A stretch of 64,000 nt of DNA from Eledone cirrhosa (taxonomy: Eukaryota). The position numbers and the translations under genes were made by a program. Location of the stretch: assembly GCA_964016885.1 (NCBI GenBank), contig OZ024742.1:369768001-369832000 (forward strand). The letters are read 5' to 3'. A model generated the notes under the pieces. That model saw only the letters and a program-made list of their open reading frames with translations. It had not been told where the DNA came from and searched no databases. Below, one piece after another: positions 26,701 to 42,000 of this stretch. The first letter of the stretch is position 1. Each line of letters begins with the position of its first letter.

Positions 26701-29700
26701 TGACATGGGTTAGACAGATCCTGTCTCACGATAGACAGGTCAAGACATCCACTGTACAACATCTTATTGTCTAGGTTGACATGGGTTAGACAGATACTGT
26801 CTCACAATAGACAGGTCAAGACATCCACTGTACAACATCTTATTGTCTAGGTTGACATGGGTTAGACTGATCCTGTCTCACAATAAACAGGTCAAGACAT
26901 CCACTGTACAACATCTTATTGTCTAGGTTGACATGGGTTAGACAGATCCTGTCTCACAATAGACAGGTCAAGACATCCACTGTACAACATCTTATTGTCT
27001 AGGTTGACATGGGTTAGACTGATCCTGTCTCACGATAGACAGGTCAAGACATCCACTGTACAACATCTTATTGTCTAGGTTGACATGGGTTAGACAGATC
27101 CTGTCTCTCAATAGACAGGTCAAGACATCCACTGTACAACATCTTATTGTCTAGGTTGACATGGGTTAGACTGATCTTGTCTCACAATAGACAGGTCAAG
27201 ACATCAACTGTACAACATCTTATTGTCTAGGTTGACATGGGTTAGACAGATCCTGTCTCACAATAGACAAGTCAAGACATCCACTGTACAACATCTTATT
27301 GTGTAGGTTGACATGGGTTAGACAGATCCTGTCTCACAATAGACAGGTCAAGACATCCACTGTACAACATCTTATTGTCTAGGTTGACATGGGTTAGACT
27401 GATCCTGTATCACAATAGACAGGTCAAGACATCCACTGTACAGCATCTTATTGTCTAGGTTGACATGGGTTAGACAGATCCTGTCTCACAATAGACAGGT
27501 CAAGACATCCACTGTACAACATCTTATTGTCTAGGTTGACATGGGTTAGACAGATCCTGTCTCACAATAGACAGGTCAAGACATCCACTGTACAACATCT
27601 TATTGTCTAGGTTGACATGGGTTAGACAGATCCTGTCTCACAATAGACAGGTCAAGACATCCACTTTATATTATTTATTGTCTAGGTTGACTTGGGTTAG
27701 ACAGATCCTGTCTCACAATAGATAGGTCAAGACATCCACTGTACAACATATATTGTCTAGGTTGACATGGGTTAGACAGATCTAGTCTCACAATAGACAG
27801 GTCAAGACATCCACTGTACAACATCTTATTGTCTAGGTTGACATGGGTTAGACAGATCCTGTCTCAAAGTAGATAGGTCAAGACATCCACTGTACAACAT
27901 CTTATTGTCTAGGTTGACATGGGTTAGACAGATCCTGCCTTACAATAGACAGGTCAAGACATCCACTGTACAACATTTATTGTCTAGGTTGACATGGGTT
28001 AGACAGATCCTGTCTCACAATAGATAGGTCAAGCCATCCACTGTACAACATCTTATTGTCTAGGTTGACATGGGTTAGACAGATCCTGTCTCACAATAGA
28101 TAGGTCAAGACATCCACTGTACAACATCTTATTGTCTAGGTTGACATGGGTTAGACAGATCCTGACTCACAATAGATAGGTCAAGACATCCACTGTACAA
28201 CATCTTATTGTCTAAGTTGACATTGGTTAGACAGACCCTGTCTCACAATAGACAGGTCAAGACATCCACTGTACAACATCTTATTGTCTAGGTTGACATG
28301 GGTTAGACAGATCCTGTCTCACAATAGATAGGTCAAGCCATCCACTGTACAACATCTTATTGTCTAGGTTGACATGGGTTAGACAGATCCTGTCTCACAA
28401 TAGATAGGTCAAGACATCCACTGTACAACATCTTATTGTCTAGGTTGACATGGGTTAGACAGATCCTGACTCACAATAGATAGGTCAAGACATCCACTGT
28501 ACAACATCTTATTGTCTAGCTTGGCATGGGTTAGACAGATCCTGACTCACAATAGATAGGTCAAGACATACACTGTACAACATCTTATTGTCTAAGTTGA
28601 CATTGGTTAGACAGATCCTGTCTCACAATAGACAAGACAAGACATCCATTGTACAACATCTTATTGTCTAGGTTGACATGGGTTAGACAGATCCTGTCTC
28701 ACAATAGACAGGTCAAGACATCCACTGTACAACATCTTATTGTCTGGGTTGACATGGGTGAGACAGATCCTGTCTCACAATAGACAGGTCAAGACATCCA
28801 CTGTACAACATCTTATTGTCTGGGTTGACATGGGTTAGACAGATCCTGTCTCACAATAGACAGGTCAAGACATCCACTGTACAACATCTTATTGTCTAGG
28901 TTGACATGGGTTCGACAGATCCTATCTCACAATAGACAGGTCAAGACATCCACTGTACAACATCTTATTGTCTAGGTTGACATGGGTTAGACAGATCCTG
29001 TCTCACAATAGACAGGTCAAGTCATCCACTGTACAACATCTTATTGTCTAGGTTGGCATGGGTTAGACAGATCCTGTCTCACAATAGACAGGTCAAGACA
29101 TCCACTGTACATCTTATTGTCTATGTTGACATGGGTTAGACAGATCCTTTTCTCACAATAGACAGGTCAAGACATCCACTGTACAACATCTTATTGTCTA
29201 GGTTAGCAAGGGTTAGACAGATCCAGTCTCACAATAGACAGTTCAAGACATCCACTGTACAACATCTTATTGTCTAGGTTGACATGTGTTGGACAGATCC
29301 TGTCTCACAATAGACAGGTCAAGACATCCACTGTACAACATCTTATTGTCTAGGTTGACATGTGTTGGACAGATCCTGTCGCACAATAGACAGGTCAAGA
29401 CATCCACTGTACAACATCTTATTGTCTAGGTTGACATGGGTTAGACAGATCCTGTCTCACAATAGACAGGTCAAGACATCCACTGTACAACATCTTATTG
29501 TCTAGGTTGACATGTGTTGGACAGATCCTGTCGCACAATAGACAGGTCAAGACATCCACTGTACAACATCTTATTGTCTAGGTTGACATGGGTTAGACAG
29601 ATCCTGTCTCACAATAGACAGGTCAAGACATCCACTGTACAACATCTTATTGTCTAAGTTGGCATGGGTTAGACAGATCCTGTCTCACAATAGACATGTC

Positions 29701-30739
29701 AAGACATCCACTGTACAACATCTTATTGTCTAGGTTGACATGGGTTAGACAGATCCTGTCTCACAATAGACAGGTCAAGACATCCACTGTACAACATCTT
29801 ATTGTCTGGGTTGACATGGGTTAGACAGATCCTGTCTCACAATAGACAGGTCAAGACATCCACTGTACAACATCTTATTGTCTAGGTTGACATGGGTTAG
29901 ACAGATCCTGTCTCAGTCAAGACATCCACTGTACAACATCTTATTGTCTATGTTGACTTGGGTTAGACAGATCCTGTCTCACAATAGATAGGTCAAGACA
30001 TCCACTGTACAACATCTTATTGTCTAGGTTGACATGGGTTACACAGATCCTGTCTCACAATAGACAGGTCAAGACATCCACTGTACAACATCTTATTGTC
30101 TAGGTTGACATGGGTTAGACAGATCCAGTTTCACAATAGATAGGTCAAGACATCCACTGTACAACATCTTATTGTCTAGGTTGACATGGGTTAGACAGAT
30201 CCAGTCTCACAATAGATAGGTCAAGACATCCACTGTACAACATCTTATTGTCTAGGTTGGCATGGGTTAGACAGATCCAGTCTCACAATAGACAGGTCAA
30301 GACATCCACTGTACAACATCTTATTGTCTATGTTGACATGGGTTAGACAGATCCTGTCTCACAATAGACAGGTCAAGACATCCACTGTACAACATCTTAT
30401 TGTCTAGGTTGACATGGGTTAGACAGATCCTGTCTCACAATAGACAGGTCAAGACATCCACTATACAACATCTTATTGTCTAAGTTGGCATGGGTTAGAC
30501 AGATCCTGTCTCACAATAGACATGTCAAGACATCCACTGTACAACATCTTATTGTCTAGATTGACATGGGTTAGACAGATCCTGTCTCACAATAGACAGG
30601 TCAAGACATCCACTGTACAACAGCTTATTGTCTAGCTTGGTATGGGTTAGACAGATCCTGACTCACAATAGATAGGTCAAGACATCCACTGTACAACATC
30701 TTATTGTCTAAGTTGACATTAGTTAGACAGACCTTGTCT

Positions 30740-32370
30740 CACAATAGACAGGTCAAGACATCCACTGTACAACATATTATTGTCTGGATTGACATGGGTT
30801 AGACAGATCCTGTCTCACAATAGACAGGTCAAGACATCCACTTTACAACATCTTATTGTCTAGGTTGACATGGGTTAGACAGATCCATTCTCACAATAGA
30901 TAGGTCAAGACATCCACTGTACAACATCTTATTGTCTAGGTTGGCATGGGTTAGACAGATCCAGTCTCACAATAGATAGGTCAAGACATCCACTGTACAA
31001 CATCTTATTGTCTATGTTGACATGGGTTAGACAGATCCTGTCTCACAATACACAGGTCAAGACATCCACTGTACAACATCTTATTGTCTAGGTTGACATG
31101 GGTTAGACAGATCCTGTCTCACAATAGACAGGTCAAGACATCCACTGTACAACATCTTATTGTCTAGGTTGACATGGGTTAGACAGATCCTGTCTCACAA
31201 TAGACAGGTCCAGACATCCACTGTACAACATCTTATAGTCTAGGTTGTCATGGGTTAGACAGATCCAGGCTCACAATAGATAGGTCAAGACATCCACTGT
31301 ACATCTTATTGTCTAGGTTGGCATGGGTTAGACAGATCCTGTCTCACAATAGACAGGTCAAGACATCCACTGTACAACATCTTATTGTCTAGGTTGACAT
31401 GGGTTAGACAGATCCTGTCTCACAATAGACAGGTCAAGACATCCACTATACAACATCTTATTGTCTAAGTTGGCATGGGTTAGACAGATCCTGTCTCACA
31501 ATAGACATGTCAAGACATCCACTGTACAACATCTTATTGTCTAAGTTGACATTAGTTAGACAGACCTTGTCTCACAATAGACAGGTCAAGACATCCACTG
31601 TACAACATATTATTGTCTGGATTGACATGGGTTAGACAGATCCTGTCTCACAATAGACAGGTCAAGACAACCACTTTACAACATCTTATTGTCTAGGTTG
31701 ACATGGGTTAGACAGATCCATTCTCACAATAGATAGGTCAAGACATCCACTGTACAACATCTTATTGTCTAGGTTGGCATGGGTTAGACAGATCCAGTCT
31801 CACAATAGATAGGTCAAGACATCCACTGTACAACATCTTATTGTCTATGTTGACATGGGTTAGACAGATCCTGTCTCACAATACACAGGTCAAGACATCC
31901 ACTGTACAACATCTTATTGTCTAGGTTGACATGGGTTAGACAGACCTGTCTCACAATAGACAGGTCAAGACATCCACTGTACAACATCTTATTGTCTAGG
32001 TTGACATGGGTTAGACAGATCCTGTCTCACAATAGACAGGTCCAGACATCCACTGTACAACATCTTATAGTCTAGGTTGTCATGGGTTAGACAGATCCAG
32101 GCTCACAATAGATAGGTCAAGACATCCACTGTACATCTTATTGTCTAGGTTGGCATGGGTTAGACAGATCCTGTCTCACAATAGACAGGTCAAGACATCC
32201 ACTGTACAACATCTTATTGTCTAGGTTGACATGGGTTAGACAGATCCTGTCTCACAATAGACAGGTCAAGACATCCACTATACAACATCTTATTGTCTAA
32301 GTTGGCATGGGTTAGACAGATCCTGTCTCACAATAGACATGTCAAGACATCCACTGTACAACATCTTATT
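30740..32370. repeat. Tandem duplication of an ~11-monomer block (832 bp)
   Basis: GGTCCAGAC is at ~31211 and ~32043 (832 = 11x76-4). Both copies share ATATTATTGTCTGGATT, CTTTACAA, AATACAC, TTATAGT, CCAGGCTC and the 3-bp ACA deletion. Confidence 0.85.
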
Positions 32371-35300
32371 GTCTAGGTTGGTATGGGTTAGACAGATCCT
32401 GACTCACAATAGATAGGTCAAGACATCCACTGTACAACATCTTATTGTCTAAGTTGACATTGGTTAGAGAGACCTTGTCTCACAATAGACAGGTCAAGAC
32501 ATCCACTGTACAACATCTTATTGTCTAGGTTGACATGGGTTAGACAGATCCAGTCTCACAATAGATAGGTCAAGACATCCACTGTACAACATCTTATTGT
32601 CTAGGTTGACATGGGTTAGACAGATCCAGTCTCACAATAGATAGGTCAAGACATCCACTGTACAACATCTTATTGTCTAGGTTGACATGGGTTAGACAGA
32701 TCCTGTCTCACAATAGACAGGTCAAGTCATCCACTGTACAACATCTTATTGTCTAGGTTGACATGGGTTAGACAGATCCTGTCTCACAATAGATAGGTCA
32801 AGACATCCACTGTACAACATCTCATTGTCTAGGTTGACATGGGTTAGACGGATCCAGTCTCACAATAGATAGGTCAAGACATCCACTGTACAACATCTTA
32901 TTGTCTAGGTTGGCATGGGTTAGACAGATCCAGTCTCACAATAGATAGGTCAAGACATCCACTATACAACATCTTATTGTCTAGGTTGACATGGGTTAGA
33001 CAGATCCTGTCTCACAATAGACAGGTCAAGACATCCACTGTACAACATCTTATTGTCTATGTTGACATGGGTTAGACAGATCCTGTCTCACAATAGAGAG
33101 GTCAAGACATCCACTGTACAACATCTTATTGTCTAGGTTAACATGGGTTAGACAGATCCTGTCTCACAATAGACAGGTCAAGACATCCACTGTACAACAT
33201 CTTATTGTCTATGTTGACATGGGTTAGACAGATCCTGTCTCACAATAGACAGGTCAAGACATCCACTGTACAACATCTTATTGTCTAGGTTGACATGGGT
33301 TAGACAGATCCTGTCTCACAATAGAGAGGTCAAGACATCCACTGTACAACATCTTATTGTCTAGGTTGACATGGGTTAGACAGATCCAGTCTCACAATAG
33401 ATAGGTCAAGACATCCACTGTACAACATCTTATTGTCTAGGTTGACATGGGTTAGACAGATCCTGTCTCACAATAGACAGGTCAAGACATCCACTGTACA
33501 ACATCTTATTGTCTAAGTTGGCATGGGTTAGACAGATCCTGTCTCACAATAGACAGGTCAAGACATCCACTGTACAACATCTTATTGTCTAGGTTGACAT
33601 GGGTTAGACAGATCCTGTCTCACAATAGACAGGTCAAGACATCCACTGTACAACATCTTATTGTCTAGGTAGACATGGGTTAGACAGATCCTGTCTCACA
33701 ATAGACAGGTCAAGACATCCACTGTACAACATCTTATTGTCTATGTTGACATGGGTTAGACAGATCCTGTCTCACAATAGACAGGTCAAGACATCCACTG
33801 TACAACATCTTATTGTCTAGGTTGACATGGGTTAGACAGATCCTGTCTCACAATAGACAGGTCAAGACATCCACTGTACAACATCTTATTGTCTAGGTTG
33901 ACATGGGTTAGACAGATCCTGTCTCAGAATAGACAGGTCAAGACATCCACTGTACATCTTATTGTCTATGTTGACATGGGTTAGACAGATCCTGTCTCAC
34001 AATAGACAGGTCAAGACATCCACTGTACATCTTATTGTCTATGTTGACATGGGTTAGACAGATCCTGTCTCACAATAGACAGGTCAAGACATCCACTGTA
34101 CAACATCTTATTGTCTAGGTTGACATGGGTTAGACAGATCCTGTCTCACAATAGACAGGTCAAGACATCCACTGTACAACATCTTATTGTCTAGGTTGAC
34201 ATGGGTTAGACAGATCCTGTCTCACAATAGACAGGTCAAGACATCCACTGTACAACATCTTATTGTCTAGGTTGACATGGGTTAGACAGATCCTGTCTCA
34301 CAATAGACAGGTCAAGACAGCCACTGTACAACATCTTATTGTCTAAGTTGGCATGGGTTAGACAGATCCTGTCTCACAATAGACAGGTCAAGACATCCAC
34401 TGTACAACATCTTATTGTCTAGGTTGACATGGGTTAGACAGATCCTGTCTCACAATAGACAGGTCAAGACATCCACTGTACAACATCTTATTGTCTAGGT
34501 TGACATGGGTTAGACAGATCCAGTCTCACAATAGATAGGTCAAGACATCCACTGTACAACATCTTATTGTCTAGGTTGACATGGGTTAGACAGATCCTGT
34601 CTCACAATAGACAGGTCAAGACATCCACTGTACAACATCTTATTGTCTAGGTTGACATGGGTTAGACAGATCCTGTCTCACAATAGATAGGTCAAGACAT
34701 CCACTGTACAACATCTTATTGTCTGGGTTGACATGGGTTAGACAGATCCTGTCTCACAATAGACAGGTCAAGACATCCACTGTACAACATCTTATTGTCT
34801 AGGTTGACATGGGTTAGACAGATCCTGTCTCACAATAGACAGGTCAAGACATCCACTGTACAACATCTTATTGTCTAGGTTGACATGGGTTAGACAGATC
34901 CTGTCTCACAATAGATAGGTCAAGACATCCACTGTACAACATCTTATTGTCTAGGTTGACATGGGTTAGACAGATCCTGTCTCACAATAGACAGGTCAAG
35001 TCATCCACTGTACAACATCTTATAATCTAGGTTGACTTGGGTTAGACAGATCCAGTCTCACAATAGATAGGACAAGACATCCACTGTACAACATCTTATT
35101 GTCTAGGTTGACATGGGTTAGACAGATCCAGTCTCACAATAAATAGGTCAAGACATCCACTGTACAACATCTTATTGTCTATGTTGGCATGGGTTAGAAA
35201 GATACAGTCTCACAATAGATAGGTCAAGACATCCACTATACAACATCTTATTGTCTAGGTTGACATGGGTTAGACAGATCCTGTCTCAAAATAGACAGGT

Positions 35301-36899
35301 CAAGACATCCACTGTACAACATCTTATTGTCTATGTTGACATGGGTTAGACAGAACCTGTCTCACAATAGACAGGTGAAGACATCCACTGTACAACATTT
35401 ATTGTCTAGGTTGACATGGCTTAGACAGATCCTGTCTCACAATAGACAGGTCAAGACATCCACTGTACAACATCTTATTGTCTAGGTTAACATGGGTTAG
35501 ACAGATCCTGTCTCAGTCAAGACATCCACTGTACAACATCTTATTGTCTATGTTGACTTGGGTTAGACAGATCCTGTCTCACAATAGATAGGTCAAGACA
35601 TCCACTGTACAACATCTTACTGTCTAGGTTGACATGGGTTAGACAGATCCTGTCTCACAATAGACAGGTCAAGTCATCCACTGTACAACATCTTATTGTC
35701 TAGGTTGACATGGGTTAGACAGATCCAGTCTCACAATAGATAGGTCAAGACATCCACTGTACAACATCTTATTGTCTAGGTTGACATGGGTTAGACAGAT
35801 CCAGTCTCACAATAGATAGGTCAAGACATCCACTATACAACTTCTTATTGTCTAGGTTGACATGGGTTAGACAGATCCTGTCTCACAATAGACAGGTCAA
35901 GACATCCACTGTACAACATCTTATTGTCTATGTTGACATGGGTTAGACAGATCCTGTTTCACAATAGACAGGTCAAGACATCCACTGTACAACATCTTAT
36001 TGTCTATGTTGACATGGGTTAGACAGATCCTGTCTCACAATAGACAGGTCAAGACATCCACTGTACAACATCTTATTGTCTAGGTTGACATGGGTTAGAC
36101 AGATCCTGTCTCACAATAGACAGGTCAAGACATCCACTGTACAACATCTTATTGTCTAGGCTGACATGGGTTAGACAGATCCTGTCTCACTATAGACAGG
36201 TCAAGACATCCACTGTACAACATCTTATTGTCTAGGTTGACATGGGTTAGACTGATCCTGTCTCACAATAGACAGGTCAAGACATCCACTGTACAACATC
36301 TTATTGTCTAGGTTGACATGGGTTAGACTGATCCTGTCTCACAATAGATAGGTCAAGACATCCACTATACAACATCTTATTGTCTAGGTTGACATGGGTT
36401 AGACAGATACTGTCTCACAATAGATAGGTCAAGACATCCACTGTACAACATCTTATTGTCTATGTTGACATGGGTTAGACAGATCCTGTCTCACAATACA
36501 CAGGTCAAGACATCCACTGTACAACATCTTATTGTCTAGGTTGACATGGGTTAGACAGATCCAGTCCCACAATAGATAGGTCAAGACATCCACTGTACAA
36601 CATCTCATTGTCTAGGTTGACATGGGTTAGACAGATCCAGTCTCACAATAGATAGGTCAAGACATCCACTGTACAACATCGTATTGTCTAGGTTGGCATG
36701 GGTTAGACAGATCCAGTTTCACAATAGATTGGTCAAGACATCCACTATACAACATCTTATTGTCTAGGTTGACATGGGTTAGACAGATCCTGTCTCACAA
36801 TAGACAGGTCAAGACATCCACTGTACAACATCTTATTGTCTATGTTGACATGGGTTAGACAGATCCTGTCTCACAATAGACAGGTCAAGACATCCACTG

Positions 36900-39800
36900 T
36901 ACAACATCTTATTGTCTATGTTGACATGGGTTAGACAGATCCTGTCTCACAATAGACAGGTCAAGACATCCACTGTACAACATCTTATTGTCTAGGTTGA
37001 CATGGGTTAGACAGATCCTGTCTCACAATAGACAGGTCAAGACATCCACTATACAACATCTTATTGTCTAAGTTGGCATGGGTTAGACAGATCCTGTCTC
37101 ACAATAGACATGTCAAGACATCCACTGTACAACATCTTATTGTCTAGATTGTCATGGGTTAGACAGATCCTGTCTCACAATAGACAGGTCAAGACATCCA
37201 CTGTACAACAGCTTATTGTCTAGCTTGGTATGGGTTAGACAGATTCTGACGCACAATAGATAGGTCAAGACATCCACTGTACAACATCTTATTGTCTAAG
37301 TTGACATTAGTTAGACAGACCTTGTCTCACAATAGACAGGTCAAGACATCCACTGTACAACATATTATTGTCTGGATTGACATGGGTTAGACAGATCCTG
37401 TCTCACAATAGACAGGTCAAGACATCCACTGTACAACATATTATTGTCTAGGTTGACATGGGTTAGACAGATCCAGTCTCACAATAGATAGGTCAAGACA
37501 TCCACTGTACAACATCTTATTGTCTATGTTGACATGGGTTAGACAGATCCTGTCTCACAATACACAGGTCAAGACATCCACTGTACAACATCTTATTGTC
37601 TAGGTTGACATGGGTTAGACAGATCCTGTCTCACAATAGACGGGTCAAGACATCCACTGTACAACATCTTATTGTCTAGGTTGACATGGGTTAGACAGAT
37701 CCTGTCACACAATAGACAGGTCCACACATCCACTGTACAACATCTTATAGTCTAGGTTGTCATGGGTTAGACAGATCCAGGCTCACAATAGATAGGTCAA
37801 GACATCCACAGTACATCTTATTGTCTAGGTTGGCATGGGTTAGACAGATCCTGTCTCACAATAGACAGGTCAAGACATCCACTGTACAACATCTTATTGT
37901 CTAGGTTGACATGGGTTAGACAGATCCTGTCTCACAATAGACAGGTCAAGACATCCACTATACAACATCTTATTGTCTAAGTTGGCATGGGTTAGAGAGA
38001 TCCTGTCTCACAATAGACATGTCAAGACATCCACTGTACAACATCTTATTGTCTAGGTTGACATGGGTTAGACAGATCCTGTCTCACAATAGACAGGTCA
38101 AGACATCCACTGTACAACAGCTTATTGTCTAGCTTGGTATGGGTTAGACAGATCCAGTCTCACAATAGATAGGTCAAGACATCCACTGTACAACATCTTA
38201 TTGTCTAGGTTGTCATGGGTTAGACAGACCTTGTCTCACAATAGACAGATCAAGACATCCACTGTACAACATCTTATTGTCTGGGTTGACATGGGTTAGA
38301 CAGATCCTGTCTCACAATAGACAGGTCAAGACATCCACTGTACAACATCTTATTGTCTATGTTGACATGGGTTAGACAGATCCTGTCTCACAATACACAG
38401 GTCAAGACATCCACTGTACAACATCTTATTGTCTGGGTTGACATGGGTTAGACAGATCCTGTCTCACAATAGACAGGTCAAGACATCCACTGTACAACAT
38501 CTTATTGTCTAGGTTGACATGGGTTAGACAGATCCAGTCTCACAATAGATAGGTCAAGACATCCACTGTACAACATCTTATTGTCTAGGTTGACATGGGT
38601 TAGACAGATCCTGTCTCACAATAGACAGGTCAAGTCATCCACTGTACAACATCTAATTGTCTAGGTTGACATGGGTTAGACAGATCCTGTCTCACAATAG
38701 ATAGGTCAAGACATCCACTGTACAACATCTCATTGTCTAGGTTGACATGGGTTAGACGGATCCAGTCTCACAATAGATAGGTCAAGACATCCACTGTACA
38801 ACATCTTATTGTCTAGGTTGGCATGGGTTAGACAGATCCAGTCTCACAATAGATAGGTCAAGACATCCACTATACAACGTCTTATTGTCTAGGTTGACAT
38901 GGGTTAGACAGATCCTGTCTCACAATAGACAGGTCAAGACATCCACTGTACAACATCTTATTGTCTATGTTGACATGGGTTAGACAGATCCTGTCTCACA
39001 ATAGAGAGGTCAAGACATCCACTGTACAACATCTTATTGTCTAGGTTAACATGGGTTAGACAGATCCTGTCTCACAATAGACAGGTCAAGACATCCACTG
39101 TACAACATCTTATTGTCTAGGTTGACATGGGTTAGACAGATCTTGTCTCACAATAGACAGGTCAAGACATCCACTGTACAACATCTTATTGTCTAGGTTG
39201 ACATGGGTTAGACAGATCCAGTCTCACAATAGATAGGTCAAGACATCCACTGTACAACATCTTATTGTCTAGGTTGGCATGGGTTAGACAGATCCAGTCT
39301 CACAATAGATAGGTCAAGACATCCACTATACAACATCTTATTGTCTAGGTTGACATGGGTTAGACAGATCCTGTCTCACAATAGACAGGTCAAGTCATCC
39401 ACTGTACAACATCTTATTATCTAGGTTGACATGGGTTAGACAGATCCATTCTCACAATAGATAGGACAAGACATCCACTGTACAACATCTTATTGTCTAG
39501 GTTGACATGGGTTAGACAGATCCAGTCTCACAATAAATAGGTCAAGACATCCACTGTACAACATCTTATTGTCTATGTTGGCATGGGTTAGAAAGATACA
39601 GTCTCACAATAGATAGGTCAAGACATCCACTATACAACATCTTATTGTCTAGGTTGACATGGGTTAGACAGATCCTGTCTCACAATAGACAGGTCAAGAC
39701 ATCCACTGTACAACATCTTATTGTCTATGTTGACATGGGTTAGACAGATCCTGTCTCACAATAGACAGGTCAAGACATCCACTGTACAACATCTTATTGT

Positions 39801-42000
39801 CTAGGTTGACATGGGTTAGACAGATCCTGTCTCACAATAGACAGGTCAAGACATCCACTATACAACATCTTATTGTCTAAGTTGGCATGGGTTAGACAGA
39901 TCCTGTCTCACAATAGACATGTCAAGACATCCACTGTACAACATCTTATTGTCTAGATTGTCATGGGTTAGACAGATCCTGTCTCACAATAGACAGGTCA
40001 AGACATCCACTGTACAACAGCTTATTGTCTAGCTTGGTATGGGTTAGACAGATTCTGACGCACAATAGATAGGTCAAGACATCCACTGTACAACATCTTA
40101 TTGTCTAAGTTGACATTAGTTAGACAGACCTTGTCTCACAATAGACAGGTCAAGACATCCACTGTACAACATATTATTGTCTGGATTGACATGGGTTAGA
40201 CAGATCCTGTCTCACAATAGACAGGTCAAGACATCCACTGTACAACATATTATTGTCTAGGTTGACATGGGTTAGACAGATCCAGTCTCACAATAGATAG
40301 GTCAAGACATCCACTGTACAACATCTTATTGTCTATGTTGACATGGGTTAGACAGATCCTGTCTCACAATACACAGGTCAAGACATCCACTGTACAACAT
40401 CTTATTGTCTAGGTTGACATGGGTTAGACAGATCCTGTCTCACAATAGACGGGTCAAGACATCCACTGTACAACATCTTATTGTCTAGGTTGACATGGGT
40501 TAGACAGATCCTGTCACACAATAGACAGGTCCACACATCCACTGTACAACATCTTATAGTCTAGGTTGTCATGGGTTAGACAGATCCAGGCTCACAATAG
40601 ATAGGTCAAGACATCCACAGTACATCTTATTGTCTAGGTTGGCATGGGTTAGACAGATCCTGTCTCACAATAGACAGGTCAAGACATCCACTGTACAACA
40701 TCTTATTGTCTAGGTTGACATGGGTTAGACAGATCCTGTCTCACAATAGACAGGTCAAGACATCCACTATACAACATCTTATTGTCTAAGTTGGCATGGG
40801 TTAGAGAGATCCTGTCTCACAATAGACATGTCAAGACATCCACTGTACAACATCTTATTGTCTAGGTTGACATGGGTTAGACAGATCCTGTCTCACAATA
40901 GACAGGTCAAGACATCCACTGTACAACAGCTTATTGTCTAGCTTGGTATGGGTTAGACAGATCCTGACTCACAATAGATAGGTCAAGACATCCACTGTAC
41001 AACATCTTATTGTCTAAGTTGACATTGGTTAGACAGACCTTGTCTCACAATAGACAGATCAAGACATCCACTGTACAACATCTTATTGTCTGGGTTGACA
41101 TGGGTTAGACAGATCCTGTCTCACAATAGACAGGTCAAGACATCCACTGTACAACATCTTATTGTCTAGGTTGACATGGGTTAGACAGATCCAGTCTCAC
41201 AATAGATAGGTCAAGACATCCACTGTACAACATCTTATTGTCTAGGTTGACATGGGTTAGACAGATCCTGTCTCACAATAGACAGGTCAAGTCATCCACT
41301 GTACAACATCTAATTGTCTAGGTTGACATGGGTTAGACAGATCCTGTCTCACAATAGATAGGTCAAGACATCCACTGTACAACATCTCATTGTCTAGGTT
41401 GACATGGGTTAGACGGATCCAGTCTCACAATAGATAGGTCAAGACATCCACTGTACAACATCTTATTGTCTAGGTTGGCATGGGTTAGACAGATCCAGTC
41501 TCACAATAGATAGGTCAAGACATCCACTATACAACGTCTTATTGTCTAGGTTGACATGGGTTAGACAGATCCTGTCTCACAATAGACAGGTCAAGACATC
41601 CACTGTACAACATCTTATTGTCTATGTTGACATGGGTTAGACAGATCCTGTCTCACAATAGAGAGGTCAAGACATCCACTGTACAACATCTTATTGTCTA
41701 GGTTAACATGGGTTAGACAGATCCTGTCTCACAATAGACAGGTCAAGACATCCACTGTACAACATCTTATTGTCTAGGTTGACATGGGTTAGACAGATCT
41801 TGTCTCACAATAGACAGGTCAAGACATCCACTGTACAACATCTTATTGTCTAGGTTGACATGGGTTAGACAGATCCAGTCTCACAATAGATAGGTCAAGA
41901 CATCCACTGTACAACATCTTATTGTCTAGGTTGGCATGGGTTAGACAGATCCAGTCTCACAATAGATAGGTCAAGACATCCACTATACAACATCTTATTG
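36900..42000. repeat. Near-tandem duplication of a ~35-37-monomer block (~2.7-2.8 kb)
   Basis: AGATTCTGACGCAC is at 37241 and 40050 (2809 = 37x76-3). TATACAACGT is at 38871 and 41528 (2657 = 35x76-3). GACGGGTC, GTCCACAC, CCACAGTACATC and AGACGGATCC are also shared. Confidence 0.9.

Larger units (their letters stand above)
1..27660. repeat. Satellite domain A: more homogeneous monomers, polymorphic A/T at monomer position 49
   Basis: AGACAGATCC and AGACTGATCC units are both common. Characteristic variants are TATCGT, CACGAT, AATAAAC, TACAGCAT, TTGCTAGG (1-bp deletion) and GGGAAA. Many monomers equal the consensus. Confidence 0.85.

Noticed and set aside
1-27660. A/T49 pattern as a fixed dimeric HOR or an encoded binary signal
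   Set aside because: Runs are irregular and are explained by block duplication and conversion; no constant period is visible.
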